A stretch of DNA of 63,776 nt, counting the filler, from an uncultured Synergistales bacterium (GTDB lineage Bacteria; Synergistota; Synergistia; Synergistales; Aminobacteriaceae), in assembly GCA_937897575.1 (NCBI GenBank). It is 6 parts of 6 records of this genome, joined end to end, with 100 filler letters (N's around TTAATTAATTAA, not from the genome) between each part and the next. Parts side by side here need not be neighbours in the genome. Positions count along the whole stretch, not along the records: positions 10,840 to 26,256 come from CALCQG010000065.1; positions 26,357 to 33,772 come from CALCQG010000068.1; 4 more parts are not named here. One strand, given 5' to 3'. Position numbers and translations under genes: made by a program. Positions 20,465 to 30,514 of this stretch are shown here, one piece after another. The notes beneath the pieces are model-generated. The model ran no database searches. It was not told the origin of the DNA and saw only the letters and a program-made list of their open reading frames with translations. Each line of letters opens with the position of its first letter. The first letter of the stretch is position 1.

Positions 20465-21766
20465 TCAGGGCCTCGCCGGACTCTCCCCGTCGCTCCCCTT
20501 CCGGAACCGTCGCCAGTACCTCTGCAACCGCTCCCCCATCTCCCGCTCCCGGCCGAGGTCGCCCGGGAAGTAGAAGCGTCTGGGCTCGTTCAGGTACTGC
20601 TGAGGGACCCAGTGCCGCTGGTCATCGTGGGGGTCCAGGTACCCGGACCCGCCCTGCCTGAGGTGGAGGGGCACCTCCTGAAGATCCCCCTGGCCGATGG
20701 CCCGCTTCGCGTCGCGCACCGCCGCATAGGCGCTGTTGCTCTTCGGCGCCGACGCAAGATAGATCACGGCCTCGGAGAGGATGAGCGCCGCCTCCGGCAT
20801 GCCCGTCATATCCGCCCCATAGGCTGCCGACGCCGCGACGACCATGGCGTTCGGGTCGGCGAGTCCGATGTCCTCGGCGGCGGAGATGAGAATGCGACGA
20901 CAGATGAACCGAAGGTTTTCGCCGCTTTCAAGAAGCCGCGCCAGCCAATACACCGCCGCGTCGGGGTCCGAGCCCCGTATGCTCTTGATGAGGGCCGATA
21001 TGACGTCGTAGTGGTCGTCTTTGTCCCGGTCATACCGCATGGTGGAGAGAGGGGTGCCCTCCCGGACAACCTCCTCCGTAAGGACGCTTCCGCCGCGGGC
21101 CGCAACGGACCCCGCGGTGAACTCGAGCCTCGTCAGCGCCTGGCGGGCATCGCCGCCGGCCATGGAGGCGACGAGGCGGAGCACCGTCTGCTCCGCCTCG
21201 ATCTCAAGGTCGCCCAGACCTCGCTCCCGGTCCGTCAGGGCTCTTTCGAGCAGAGGAACCAGGTCGTCCGCCGCCAGCGGTTCGAGCTGGAAGACCACCA
21301 TGCGGGAGAGCAGGGTCTTGTTGATCTCGAACCATGGATTCTCCGTGGTGGTGCCCACCAGGATCACGTCGCCCCTCTCCACGGAGGGCAACAGGGCGTT
21401 CTGCTGTCCCCTGTTGAAGTGATAGATCTCGTCGACGAAAGCGATGGCGCTGTGTCCGTCGCCGAGGCGTTTGAGGTTCTCCGCCTCACGCACGAGGTCC
21501 CGAAGCTCCGAGACCTTGGCGGACACGGCGTTGATCTCGAGGATGTCCCGCCTCGTCGCAGAGGCCATGAGACGGACGAGCGTCGTCTTCCCCACGCCCG
21601 GCGGCCCGTAGAGGATGCAGCTCGGGACCGTCCCCGACTCGAGCAACTTCCGCAGTGGCGCATTCGCCCCGAGGATGTGTCTCTGTCCCGCGTATTCGTC
21701 CAGAGTTCTCGGACGCATCCGTTCGGCCAGCAGGGTCTCCCAACGTCGTTTTGGCGCGGCCGTCAC
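20465..21766 (-). CDS. rarA: Replication-associated recombination protein A (copy 1)
   Basis: LAERMRP, GPPGVGKTT, TTENP, HYDVISALIKSIRGSDPDAA. Confidence 0.95.
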   Translation of the reverse strand: MTAAPKRRWETLLAERMRPRTLDEYAGQRHILGANAPLRKLLESGTVPSCILYGPPGVGKTTLVRLMASATRRDILEINAVSAKVSELRDLVREAENLKRLGDGHSAIAFVDEIYHFNRGQQNALLPSVERGDVILVGTTTENPWFEINKTLLSRMVVFQLEPLAADDLVPLLERALTDRERGLGDLEIEAEQTVLRLVASMAGGDARQALTRLEFTAGSVAARGGSVLTEEVVREGTPLSTMRYDRDKDDHYDVISALIKSIRGSDPDAAVYWLARLLESGENLRFICRRILISAAEDIGLADPNAMVVAASAAYGADMTGMPEAALILSEAVIYLASAPKSNSAYAAVRDAKRAIGQGDLQEVPLHLRQGGSGYLDPHDDQRHWVPQQYLNEPRRFYFPGDLGREREMGERLQRYWRRFRKGSDGESPARP

Positions 21767-22740
21767 CGTTTCTCTCCGAAGAGCAGCGCGTCGGCATCGG
21801 CGGCCGAGAGCGTCGGACGGAGCTCCCCGTCCATCCCGTGCACTTCGGCCATGGGGAAACAGCCTGAGAGCACGCGCGCCAGCACGGTGCCCACCGACCG
21901 GCCGAGGGCGTCGGGGTCAAGCCCGGGAAGGAGACGCCACTGCCGCGCCGTGACGTGATGCTCCTCAGCGACCTGGAAGTGCAGGATTCCCCGTCCCGCA
22001 AGACGAAGAGCTTGGGGAAGGACCTCTGGGGCTGCGCCGTCAAGGCGGACGGCATACTCGCGGTACTCGGCCACGGCCTCGACGCCCCGCTCCTCCGACA
22101 GAGCGGCGTACTCCCAGGGGACGAGAGGCTCCGGCGAGCGGAGGGCGGCGACGAAATCGGTAAGCCTGTCGAAGGCCACGTCCGCCCAATGGCTCCACTC
22201 CGCTCCGGGCCGCTGAACGAGCACGGCCCGCATGGCAGCCCGCCGCGCGCCGAGAAGGTCGTAGACGAAGTCGCCCACCATGACGCACCGTCCATAGGGG
22301 ACGCCCATGGTATCGGCGGCGGCCCAGAGCGCCTTGGGGTCCGGTTTGACGGGTTCGGTATCGCGGCTTCGGACGACGGCGGGAAGAGCGATTCCGGCGG
22401 TGGACGAAGCGAGGCGGATGGAGTCCAGACAGTTCCGCGACACGACGCACCAGGGTTTCTTCTGTCGATCAAGCCATCGGATCAGGTCGTGGGCACCCTC
22501 AACGGGAAACGCCGCTGCCGCGCCTTCCATCTCGATCCGGTAAATATCTGCCTCCAACTGCTCTCGCTGATCGGGTGACAGGCCCAGCCCGGCCTCCACA
22601 AGCGGCACCATGCGGCCGCCAAAGTATTTTTCACGGATGGGGGCAAAGCTCAGCTTCGTCTCGGCCAGGACACCGTCCCAGTCGAGGATGAAACCGTCGG
22701 CGAAGGCCAGGTGCCAGAAGGGGGGGCGGATATGGGCCAT
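21763..22740 (-). CDS. HAD-family hydrolase
   Basis: LDWDGVL, KPDP, MVGDFVYD. Confidence 0.88.
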   Translation of the reverse strand: MAHIRPPFWHLAFADGFILDWDGVLAETKLSFAPIREKYFGGRMVPLVEAGLGLSPDQREQLEADIYRIEMEGAAAAFPVEGAHDLIRWLDRQKKPWCVVSRNCLDSIRLASSTAGIALPAVVRSRDTEPVKPDPKALWAAADTMGVPYGRCVMVGDFVYDLLGARRAAMRAVLVQRPGAEWSHWADVAFDRLTDFVAALRSPEPLVPWEYAALSEERGVEAVAEYREYAVRLDGAAPEVLPQALRLAGRGILHFQVAEEHHVTARQWRLLPGLDPDALGRSVGTVLARVLSGCFPMAEVHGMDGELRPTLSAADADALLFGEKR

Positions 22741-22798
22741 GGGGCTCCTCCTCTCTTTGTCGCATAAAAAAAGGAGCGAGGTCTCCCCCTGCCCCTGT

Positions 22799-22993
22799 GT
22801 CAGGCGCCCCGCAATGTCGTGTCGCGAGTGTCTTGACCCGTTCCCTACGTTAAATGGAGTCCGTCGGACCTTAACTTCGTCGTCGCTTGCGCGTCTCCTC
22901 CGTCGGCCCGAACGATCGACCCCGAAGGCACGAGCGTTGGCTCAAGACAAATATCGCGATCACGGGCACCGCAGGGTTTTTCATCTCCTGACC
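22799..22993 (-). ncRNA. ssrS: 6S RNA
   Basis: Rod-like self-complementarity (CCCUGCGGUG/CAUUGCGGGG, UCGCGA/UCGCGA, GUCUUGA/UCAAGAC) around a central bubble; TG-TATAAT upstream; near rarA. Confidence 0.8.
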
Positions 22994-23001
22994 CTGTCGT
23001 T

Positions 23002-23010
23002 ATTATACCA
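23002..23010 (-). promoter_or_regulatory. Extended -10 promoter for 6S RNA
   Basis: Minus strand TGGTATAAT. Confidence 0.65.
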
Positions 23011-23029
23011 TAGCCCCGGGGACCGGGCG

Positions 23030-23816
23030 CTACTGCAAGTCCTTCAGGCTCTCCCTGTAGACGAAGTAGTAGAGCACGGCGACGAAAAAGGCCCCGCCCA
23101 CGATGTTGCCCAGGGTCACGGGCACCATGTTGGCCAGATACCCGCCCATGCCGACGGAGGAGAGCGCTTGTTCCGTCAGCCCTGACGCCGCTGCGGCGGC
23201 CGGGTTGCCCCTGAGGAGCATGCCCACGGTCAGAAAGTACATGTTGGCCACGCAGTGTTCGAAGCCCGACGCGACGAAGGCCATGATGGGGAAGAAGGAC
23301 GCCCAGATCTTTCCCGTGACGTCCGTGGACGCCATGGTCATCCAAACGGCCAGGGTGACGAGCCAGTTGCACAGGACACCCCGGACGAAGGCCTGCACAA
23401 AGGGCTCTGGCCATGGCATCGGTGGCAAGCCCCGAAGCCACGACGAGCACCGCGACGACGATGCCTCCGATAAAGTTGGCGACGTAGACCCAGAACCAGT
23501 TTCTGGCTATTTTACGGAAGGTCGTGCAGCCCGCGAGGTACCCTATGGGCATCATGCAGTTGCCCGTGAAGAGCTCCGCTCCGCTGATCACGACCATCAT
23601 CAGCCCGACGCTGAACACGGACCCGGCCATGAAGGCCGTGAAGCCCTTCCCGAAATGAGCGGGCATATCGTGGGTCACCACGGTCGTCAGCCACGCCGCA
23701 AAAGCGATATAGGCTCCGGCCAGAAAGCCCAGCATGAGCATCCTCGGCACCGACAGGCCGCTTTTGATCTTTGCCGTTCCGCATGCCGCCTGGGCCAGTT
23801 CAGCAGGCGTCCTCAT
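23030..23816 (-). pseudogene. Formate/nitrite channel (FdhC-like) with internal deletion and frameshift near 23400
   Basis: LAGAYIA, GAELFTGN in one frame; RGVLCNWLV, GFEHCVANMY, LGNIVGG in another; the linker Lys segment is missing. Confidence 0.85.
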
Positions 23817-23856
23817 ATTTGCCCATCTCCTTCGTCCCATCCTGTCGCTCTGTTCG

Positions 23857-24411
23857 TCATCCCCGCTCCACCTCGTACAGGTCGTCTATGTTCTCCTCGA
23901 TGTACTCCCGGGCGGCCACGGCCAACACCGGATTTTCAAAGGGACTGTCCCCGTCGAGGGCGTCGGCCAGCTCGTCGCTGTCCAGGCGAAACTCCTTTCC
24001 CCCGTGCCGGTGGACATAGTGCCACGCGACGGACCCATAGCCCGTGAGGAGCGTTATGAGAGAGGATGGCACGTCGCCGAGCGGGGGTGTGTCGATGTTG
24101 TCCTTTCTGAAACTGGCGGACACCGTCGTCCCCACGCCCGGGACCGATTCGAGGGAGAACCGCCCGCCGCAGAGCTCGGCGAGCTGCTTCAGAAAGGGGA
24201 AACCGAGCCCCACACGGCGCTCCGTCCGCGTCGTGTAGAAGGGGTCCACAACTTTCCGGACCGTCGCCTCATCCATGCCCCGGCCATTGTCCCGGACGGA
24301 GAGAACGATCTCCGTCGGTCCGTCGTCGATCTCGATGAAGACCGCCGTAGCACCAGCCTTGGGCCCGTTCTCCGCTATGTCGAGAAGATGATGCGAGAGC
24401 TCCTCAAGCAT
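23857..24411 (-). CDS. Stand-alone HATPase_c ATP-binding protein
   Basis: LDIAENG, DNGRGM, DPFYTT, GLGFP, GVGT; no sensor or HisKA domain. Confidence 0.85.
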   Translation of the reverse strand: MLEELSHHLLDIAENGPKAGATAVFIEIDDGPTEIVLSVRDNGRGMDEATVRKVVDPFYTTRTERRVGLGFPFLKQLAELCGGRFSLESVPGVGTTVSASFRKDNIDTPPLGDVPSSLITLLTGYGSVAWHYVHRHGGKEFRLDSDELADALDGDSPFENPVLAVAAREYIEENIDDLYEVERG

Positions 24412-24429
24412 ACCTTCGGCACCCCTGGT

Positions 24430-25353
24430 TCACGACTCGTCTCTGGGCAGATAGCGTCCCTGCACGAAAAGGGCGACGGCGGCGTCGATTCGTTCGTCCG
24501 TAGTGCGCGCCGCCCAGTCCTGACGGCTTTCGAGCCGGACCATGGCGTCCTCGACGGAGTCCGCTATGTGCAGGGCATCGGCGAGGATCATCATCTTCTC
24601 CGTGTCCTCCCTCGGGAAGAGGGACGCCGCAAGCCCGAGGAGAATGGTCCCCTGAGCCAACCAGTTCAGCAGGCCCGTCTCCGACGACCAGGCATCCTCG
24701 AAGAAGAGGGCCAGGTTGTACTCCTCCGTCCTGTCCACGTCCTCCTCGTCGGGCTCGTCGAAATAGCCGAGGATGTAGAAGGGGACCAGAGGAGCGGCGC
24801 GGAAGGCCTCCCAGAGCGCCATGTAGGCGTCGTCTCCGGGCCCCGACAGCCGCCACAGAGCGATGGCCTTGCTGTGGAGCATGGACGCCGACCGTTCGGC
24901 GTCGTTCATCGTCGCCTCGAGGACGTCCCTGTCCCTTTTCATCTCGATCAGAATTCGATAGTACAGCGAACGGGCGAGGGTCAGGCCGTCGACGTCGAGG
25001 TCGAGCAGCCCGATCGTCAGGTCGAGGGCGTCCTCATGGCGTCCCTCGGAGAAATAGGCAAATCCGAGGCGCTGGAGGACCGCCATGTACAGGCTGCATC
25101 GCTCCTGCTCCTCCGGGTCCGACGTGTCGAGGGACGGGATGTCGTCAGAGTCCGCTTCCAGAATCCCCTTCGCCCGTTCAAGGAGCCCGATCTTCTCCTC
25201 GGAGTATGGGACGACATCCGCAAGGAGCATAAGCCCCTCCACGTTGTCGTCGTCCAGCGCGAGGACCTCCCTGGCCAGTTGTTCCGTCTCCTCGTCGTCC
25301 TCGGCGCCGTATAACCGGTCAAGCAGCTCCTCTACCCTGTCCATATCGGTCAT
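24430..25353 (-). CDS. Acidic helical (TPR-like) hypothetical protein
   Basis: Long ORF with host codon usage and GGAGG RBS. Confidence 0.75.
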   Translation of the reverse strand: MTDMDRVEELLDRLYGAEDDEETEQLAREVLALDDDNVEGLMLLADVVPYSEEKIGLLERAKGILEADSDDIPSLDTSDPEEQERCSLYMAVLQRLGFAYFSEGRHEDALDLTIGLLDLDVDGLTLARSLYYRILIEMKRDRDVLEATMNDAERSASMLHSKAIALWRLSGPGDDAYMALWEAFRAAPLVPFYILGYFDEPDEEDVDRTEEYNLALFFEDAWSSETGLLNWLAQGTILLGLAASLFPREDTEKMMILADALHIADSVEDAMVRLESRQDWAARTTDERIDAAVALFVQGRYLPRDES

Positions 25354-25511
25354 GGCATGCCCTCCATCCTCGATGCTACGGCCAGTGTATCCCAACGGCT
25401 GGGGGCAGTCAATTATGAGGAAAACACGCCTTTCATTTTTGCCAAAGCTATGCTACCGTGTATTTTACAAGGGATACGGATGTGTTCCGTCCCGCGAGAG
25501 GAGGAGATCCC

Positions 25512-26219
25512 ATGAACATGAAGAAGAACCACTGGAAAATGATATCAGTGCTCGTTCTCGCCCTGCTCGTCGCAGCGCTCTCCTTTGACGCCCCCGCTCT
25601 GGCGGCGTCGCCCAAGGGGCGCATTCAGGACGCGATCAAGGTGCTGCGGGAGATGGCGGCCCAACAGGACGCCGAGACCATGGGCGATCTGTTGAAGGAG
25701 GCCAAGGGCGTGGCTATTTTCCCGTCCGTCGTCAAGGCGGGGCTCGTCCTGGGAGGTCAGTACGGCGAGGGGCTCGTCCTGCGCCGGGATCCGGCGTCGA
25801 AGCGATGGTACGGCCCCACCTTCTCCACCATCGCTGGCGCATCGTGGGGGCTCCAGGTCGGAGCCCAGTCCATCGCCCTCGTCCTCGTGATAACGAATGA
25901 CAGAGGGCTCGAGGGCTTCAAGGCGAACAACGTGAAGCTCGGCGGCGACTTTGCTGTGGCCGCCGGCCCGGTAGGACGTCGGGCCGAGATGAGCACCGAC
26001 TACAAGCTCAAGGCGTCCATCTACAGCTACTCCATGACAAAGGGGCTCTTCGCCGGGATATCCCTCGACGGATCGGCCGTCAATGTGGACAAGGACGCCA
26101 ACAAGGAGTACTGGGGCAAGGCGACCACCGCCACGGAGGCTCTGAACAGGGGGGCGTCCTCGGCGGAGATCAAGCAGCTTGTGGCGGAACTGGAACGAGT
26201 CATCAACAAAGCGAAGTAG
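25512..26219 (+). CDS. Exported SYLF/Ysc84 lipid-binding domain protein
   Basis: IFPSVVKAG, GASWGLQVGAQ, AAGPVGR, YSYSMTKGLFAGISLDG. Confidence 0.9.
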   Translation: MNMKKNHWKMISVLVLALLVAALSFDAPALAASPKGRIQDAIKVLREMAAQQDAETMGDLLKEAKGVAIFPSVVKAGLVLGGQYGEGLVLRRDPASKRWYGPTFSTIAGASWGLQVGAQSIALVLVITNDRGLEGFKANNVKLGGDFAVAAGPVGRRAEMSTDYKLKASIYSYSMTKGLFAGISLDGSAVNVDKDANKEYWGKATTATEALNRGASSAEIKQLVAELERVINKAK

Positions 26220-26256
26220 CGGGGACGAAAAGGGCCGCGGCGAACGCTCGTTCGCC

Positions 26257-26356
26257 NNNNNNNNNNNNNNNNNNNNNNNNNNNNNNNNNNNNNNNNNNNN
26301 TTAATTAATTAANNNNNNNNNNNNNNNNNNNNNNNNNNNNNNNNNNNNNNNNNNNN
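26257..26356. other. Artificial contig linker
   Basis: N-run, TTAATTAATTAA, N-run. Confidence 0.99.
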
Positions 26357-26441
26357 AATATGTGGCGATTCAGAATCTTACCCAGTAGAGGACCTGGCCC
26401 GATGTCCGCCCCGGAGGTTCGCCGCCGCGCCCTTGATCGAT

Positions 26442-27776
26442 CTATCGGGGTCCGCCTTGCCCCCGCCGTCTCTTCCACTCCTTGATCTGTTCCAGACGAG
26501 TCTTGTACTTGGCCTCGACGCCCTGCTCCGTGGGCCGGTAGTACTCCCGGCCCGCGAGGGAGTCGGGCAGGCACTGCATGTCCGTTATTTTGTCCTCGGC
26601 GTCGTGAGCGTACTGGTACCCTTTGCCGTACTCCAGCTCCTTCATCAGCTTCGTCGGCGCGTTGCGGATCACCAGCGGGACGGGTTCGGCGAGCTGGGTC
26701 AGCGCGTCCCGTTTCGCCCCTTCGTAGGCGAGGTAGAGGGCGTTGGACTTGGGCGCCAGGGAGAGGTAGACCACCGCCTCCGTCAGATGGACCGAGCATT
26801 CGGGCATCCCGATGAGGTGGCACGCCTGATAGGCGGCGACGGCGATCTCCAGGGCTCTCGGGTCCGCGAGGCCCACGTCCTCGCTGGCGAACCGCGTGAC
26901 GCGCCGCGCGACGTAGAGGGGGTCCTCCCCCGCCTCCAGCATGCGGGCCAGCCAGTAGACCGCCGCGTCGGGGTCGGAGTTGCGCATGGACTTGTGCAGG
27001 GCGGAGATAATATTGTAGTGCTCCTCGCCCCCCTTGTCGTAAAGCAGGGATTTTTTGGAGATGCACTGCTCCACCGTCTCCCGTGAGACGGTGGTCACCC
27101 CCTCCTCGTCCAGGTCGCCGTTCAGCACCACCATCTCCAGGGTGGACAGCGCCGTTCGAGCGTCTCCGTTGGCGAAGGCCGCGATCACCCTCACCAGATC
27201 GTCGGCGATGCGGACCGTCTGGTTCCCGAAGCCCCGGGGGTCCTTCAGGGCGCGGTTCAGAAGGGTTGTCAGCTCCTCCGTGGTGAGGGCGTGCAGGACG
27301 AACACCTTGCACCGCGAGAGGAGGGCGCCGTTGATCTCGAAGGACGGGTTCTCCGTCGTGGCGCCAATCAGGATGATGCTCCCCTTCTCCACGAAGGGGA
27401 GGAACGCGTCCTGCTGAGCCTTGTTGAACCGGTGGATCTCATCGACGAAGACGATGGTCTTCGTCCCGTAGCTGCGGTTCTCCTCGGCCTCCTTCATGAC
27501 GGAGCGGATCTCCTTGATGCCGCTGGTGACGGCGGAAAAGTCGATGAAGGACGCCTTTGTGCCGTTGGCGATGACCCGGGCGAGCGTGGTCTTCCCCACC
27601 CCCGGAGGCCCCCAGAAGATCATGGAGGATATCTGGTCGCTCTCGATCAGACGGCGGAGGACCTTCCCCTCCCCCAGGAGATGGGTCTGCCCCGCGAACT
27701 CCTCCAGCGTCTGCGGACGGAGCCTCGCCGCCAGGGGCTGCGGCGCCATATCGCCAAAGGTCGACAGCTGTCTCAT
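26442..27776 (-). CDS. rarA: Replication-associated recombination protein A (copy 2)
   Basis: PLAARLRP, GPPGVGKTT, DEIHRFNKAQQD, HYNIISALHKSMRNSDPDAA. Confidence 0.95.
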   Translation of the reverse strand: MRQLSTFGDMAPQPLAARLRPQTLEEFAGQTHLLGEGKVLRRLIESDQISSMIFWGPPGVGKTTLARVIANGTKASFIDFSAVTSGIKEIRSVMKEAEENRSYGTKTIVFVDEIHRFNKAQQDAFLPFVEKGSIILIGATTENPSFEINGALLSRCKVFVLHALTTEELTTLLNRALKDPRGFGNQTVRIADDLVRVIAAFANGDARTALSTLEMVVLNGDLDEEGVTTVSRETVEQCISKKSLLYDKGGEEHYNIISALHKSMRNSDPDAAVYWLARMLEAGEDPLYVARRVTRFASEDVGLADPRALEIAVAAYQACHLIGMPECSVHLTEAVVYLSLAPKSNALYLAYEGAKRDALTQLAEPVPLVIRNAPTKLMKELEYGKGYQYAHDAEDKITDMQCLPDSLAGREYYRPTEQGVEAKYKTRLEQIKEWKRRRGQGGPR

Positions 27777-28191
27777 TCAGTCCCTCCTTCCGGGGCGGGG
27801 CCCTGCACGCGGTGCACGGACGCCCCGTTTTCCCCGCACACCCTCTCGTGTTTTTTGGCTCGCGCGGACATAAAAATCATACGGAGATCGGCAAGAACAA
27901 TCAAGTCCACGAAATACGAGGCGCTCCACCCCGAAAAACCGCACATCCGATCGAAGGGGCAACTTGGAGTGACTCCCCCGGACCGTGAGGGAGCGCCTTC
28001 AGAAGGGTGCGGTCCTGGCCTGACGCCTGTCGTCAACTTTGCGAAAGAGTGCATTGTCTCTGCGCTGCGGGAAACCCGTCCTCTCTTTGATTGGTGCGGC
28101 CGGAGGCCGCCGCGGTTCCATCGGGACGAAAAAACTCCCCCCAAGGTTCGGAGGGAGCCCGTTCACTGGAAATTGAGGATGAAGCTGAGGG

Positions 28192-28746
28192 CTACGCGTT
28201 CGGCTGACCCTGCTGCCGGTTCTGCTGACGATTTTCCTGCCGGTTCTCCATTCTGTTCTTCAGCCACTCCTGTCTCTCGTCCCATCCGCCGTTCCGGAAG
28301 TTCCCCATCCGGTGCTGCCGCCACATACCGCCGCCGCGCATCATGGGGTTCTTCTCGTCCGCCATCATATTCAAACGCTGCTCGAAGCGCCACTTCGAGA
28401 CCTCGTTCCGAAGGCCCATCTTCTTCTCGTGCAGCGCCATGACCTTGGCCTTGTCCACGTCCTTCTCCATCAGGGCGAGGGCCATTTCGTGCTGAATCTT
28501 GCGCATCTCCAGGACCTTCTCCTGCATGGCCTCCGGAAGATCTGCGCCGAACCGGCCGAACCCTCCGCCCATCATGGCACCCCGTCCGCCGAACTGTCCG
28601 ACACCATCGGGCGCCCTGCACTCCCACCGTCCGGCTCCGGAAAACCGGGGACCCTGTCCCGGCCTCCCCTGACCGCCCCATGCAAAGGCCGAACCGGCCA
28701 CAACCAACACCGCCGCCAAAGCAAGAAGTAATCCTCGACCGTTCAT
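28192..28746 (-). CDS. Periplasmic Spy/CpxP/ZraP-like protein
   Basis: Signal peptide, Gly/Met-rich segments, helical core with DKAKVMAL. Confidence 0.7.
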   Translation of the reverse strand: MNGRGLLLALAAVLVVAGSAFAWGGQGRPGQGPRFSGAGRWECRAPDGVGQFGGRGAMMGGGFGRFGADLPEAMQEKVLEMRKIQHEMALALMEKDVDKAKVMALHEKKMGLRNEVSKWRFEQRLNMMADEKNPMMRGGGMWRQHRMGNFRNGGWDERQEWLKNRMENRQENRQQNRQQGQPNA

Positions 28747-28853
28747 TCCGATACACCTCCGAAAGTAGTATGGTACGGTCAAAGAATACCCCGCCCGCTC
28801 CACCTATCCATCGGTAAAGACCACCAATGCCCCGTCGGCAGTTTTGCCTATCC

Positions 28854-29075
28854 TCAGAATCCGTGGACCCCGAGCACGTGGAGCGCCACAAATGTGACGC
28901 CCAGGAGGGCGGCGTACTTATGGATCTTCAGCACGTTGAGCTTCGGCAAGCTTTTTCTGATGGCCCTGCCGAAGAGCCCCGTGACCGTCGCCACGCCCAT
29001 GCACAAAACGGCCCCTATCCCAGTCACCGCATAGTATTCGCCAAGCACTCCGTCACCCCCGTTTCCAGAATTCAC
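28854..29075 (-). CDS. Small two-TM His-containing membrane protein (start uncertain)
   Basis: TM-KIHKYAA-TM-LHVLGVH pattern. Confidence 0.6.
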   Translation of the reverse strand: MNSGNGGDGVLGEYYAVTGIGAVLCMGVATVTGLFGRAIRKSLPKLNVLKIHKYAALLGVTFVALHVLGVHGF

Positions 29076-29138
29076 ACGCTCCCTTTTGCTACAATATCAT
29101 GAAATACAAGCATCAGGGAGAGAGGAGTTGTTCTCGCG

Positions 29139-30074
29139 ATGAACATCAAAACAGCTGTATGCGTCATCGGGACGGGCACCATGGGGTCGTCCACGGCAGC
29201 CGCCTTTGCCGCCGCCGGCTTTCCGGTGTTCCTTCGGGGGCGAAACGCGGAGAGCGCGGAACGGGGCTTCGAGAGAGCGAGGGCAGCCATCGCCGTGCTC
29301 GGCGACAACAACCTGCTCGACCAGACCACGGAGGAGACCCTCTCCCTGGTGACGCCCTGCACGTCCCTGCCCGAGGCCGTCCGGTCGGCCTCCTTCATCG
29401 TCGAATCCGCCCCGGAGGACCTGGACCTCAAGCGAGCGTTCTACTCGGAGGTGGAGGACCACTGCTCCGACCACGCCATCCTGGCGAGCAACACCTCGGG
29501 GCTGCTTCCCACGGCCCTGGCCGCCGGACTCCGCAGGCCGGAGCGCTTCGTCGTGACCCACTTCTGGAACCCGGCGCACCTGCTCCCCCTCGTGGAGGTC
29601 TGCCCCGGCGAGAAAACGTCGGGCGAGACGGCACACCGGGCCATGGATATCCTCGTCGCCGCGGGGAAGCAGCCGGTCCTGCTGGACCGGGAAGCGGAGG
29701 GGTTCATCGGAAACCGCCTCCAGTTCGCCCTTCTCAGGGAGGCCTTCCACATCGTGGAGTCGGGCGTGGCCTCCATGGAGGCCGTGGACTCCGTGGTGCG
29801 GAGCAGCATCGGCCGTCGCCTCCTGGACACGGGCCCCTTCGAGTCGGCGGATATGGGTGGGCTGGACGTCTTCGCCTCCATCGCGTCCTATCTCTTCAAG
29901 GACCTGTCCAACGCCTCGGCGGTCCCGAGCGCCCTGCGCGAAGCCGTCGCCTCGGGGAACTTCGGGGCGAAAACGGGACGAGGGCTCGCCCCCTGGACGC
30001 CGGAGAAGAGGAGATCACTGGAGGAGAAAAGGACGGCCACCCTCATCGGGTGCATGAAGAGGGACCGGACCTAG
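29139..30074 (+). CDS. 3-hydroxyacyl-CoA dehydrogenase family
   Basis: GTGTMG, ESAPEDLDLK, ASNTS, HFWNP, GFIGNRL. Confidence 0.93.
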   Translation: MNIKTAVCVIGTGTMGSSTAAAFAAAGFPVFLRGRNAESAERGFERARAAIAVLGDNNLLDQTTEETLSLVTPCTSLPEAVRSASFIVESAPEDLDLKRAFYSEVEDHCSDHAILASNTSGLLPTALAAGLRRPERFVVTHFWNPAHLLPLVEVCPGEKTSGETAHRAMDILVAAGKQPVLLDREAEGFIGNRLQFALLREAFHIVESGVASMEAVDSVVRSSIGRRLLDTGPFESADMGGLDVFASIASYLFKDLSNASAVPSALREAVASGNFGAKTGRGLAPWTPEKRRSLEEKRTATLIGCMKRDRT

Positions 30075-30514
30075 GCCAATACCTCCGTGGAGAGAAGCTC
30101 CATGGTGTTGCCGTCGGGGTCCTTGATGTAGACGAGCTTCTTTCCCTTGTTCGCCCCGGAGGGGCCGACGCAGATTTCGCCCGCGAAGCGGACGCCATGC
30201 CTCCGAAGGTGCTCCGCGAACTCGTTGAAGCGGTCCACGGTGAAGCAGACGTGGGCGCTTCCCACGTTGTTCGTCGTGGTGTCGATGGCGACGCCCTTCC
30301 CCTCGGTGTACTCCACGAGCTCCAGGGCGGAGTTCGGCAGCGCGAAGAAGGCCACCCGCAGCTTCGCGCCCCTGATGCCCGTGATCCGCTCCGAGTAGCC
30401 CCCGTCCCGCTCGAAGACGCCCGAAAGCGTCAGCCCCAGCACATCCCGGTAGAAGACCACGGACCGGTCCAGGTCCTCCACAGTGAAACTCGCATGGTGC
30501 AGCGATGTGATCAT
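30071..30514 (-). CDS. VOC/glyoxalase family protein
   Basis: LHHASFTV, FYRDVLG, LELVEY, HVCF, DPDGNTMEL. Confidence 0.9.
   Translation of the reverse strand: MITSLHHASFTVEDLDRSVVFYRDVLGLTLSGVFERDGGYSERITGIRGAKLRVAFFALPNSALELVEYTEGKGVAIDTTTNNVGSAHVCFTVDRFNEFAEHLRRHGVRFAGEICVGPSGANKGKKLVYIKDPDGNTMELLSTEVLA

Noticed and set aside
27780..28190. Riboswitch in long intergenic regions (also 30520-31010 and 34775-35080)
   Set aside because: Only isolated hairpins; no conserved aptamer motif recognised by eye
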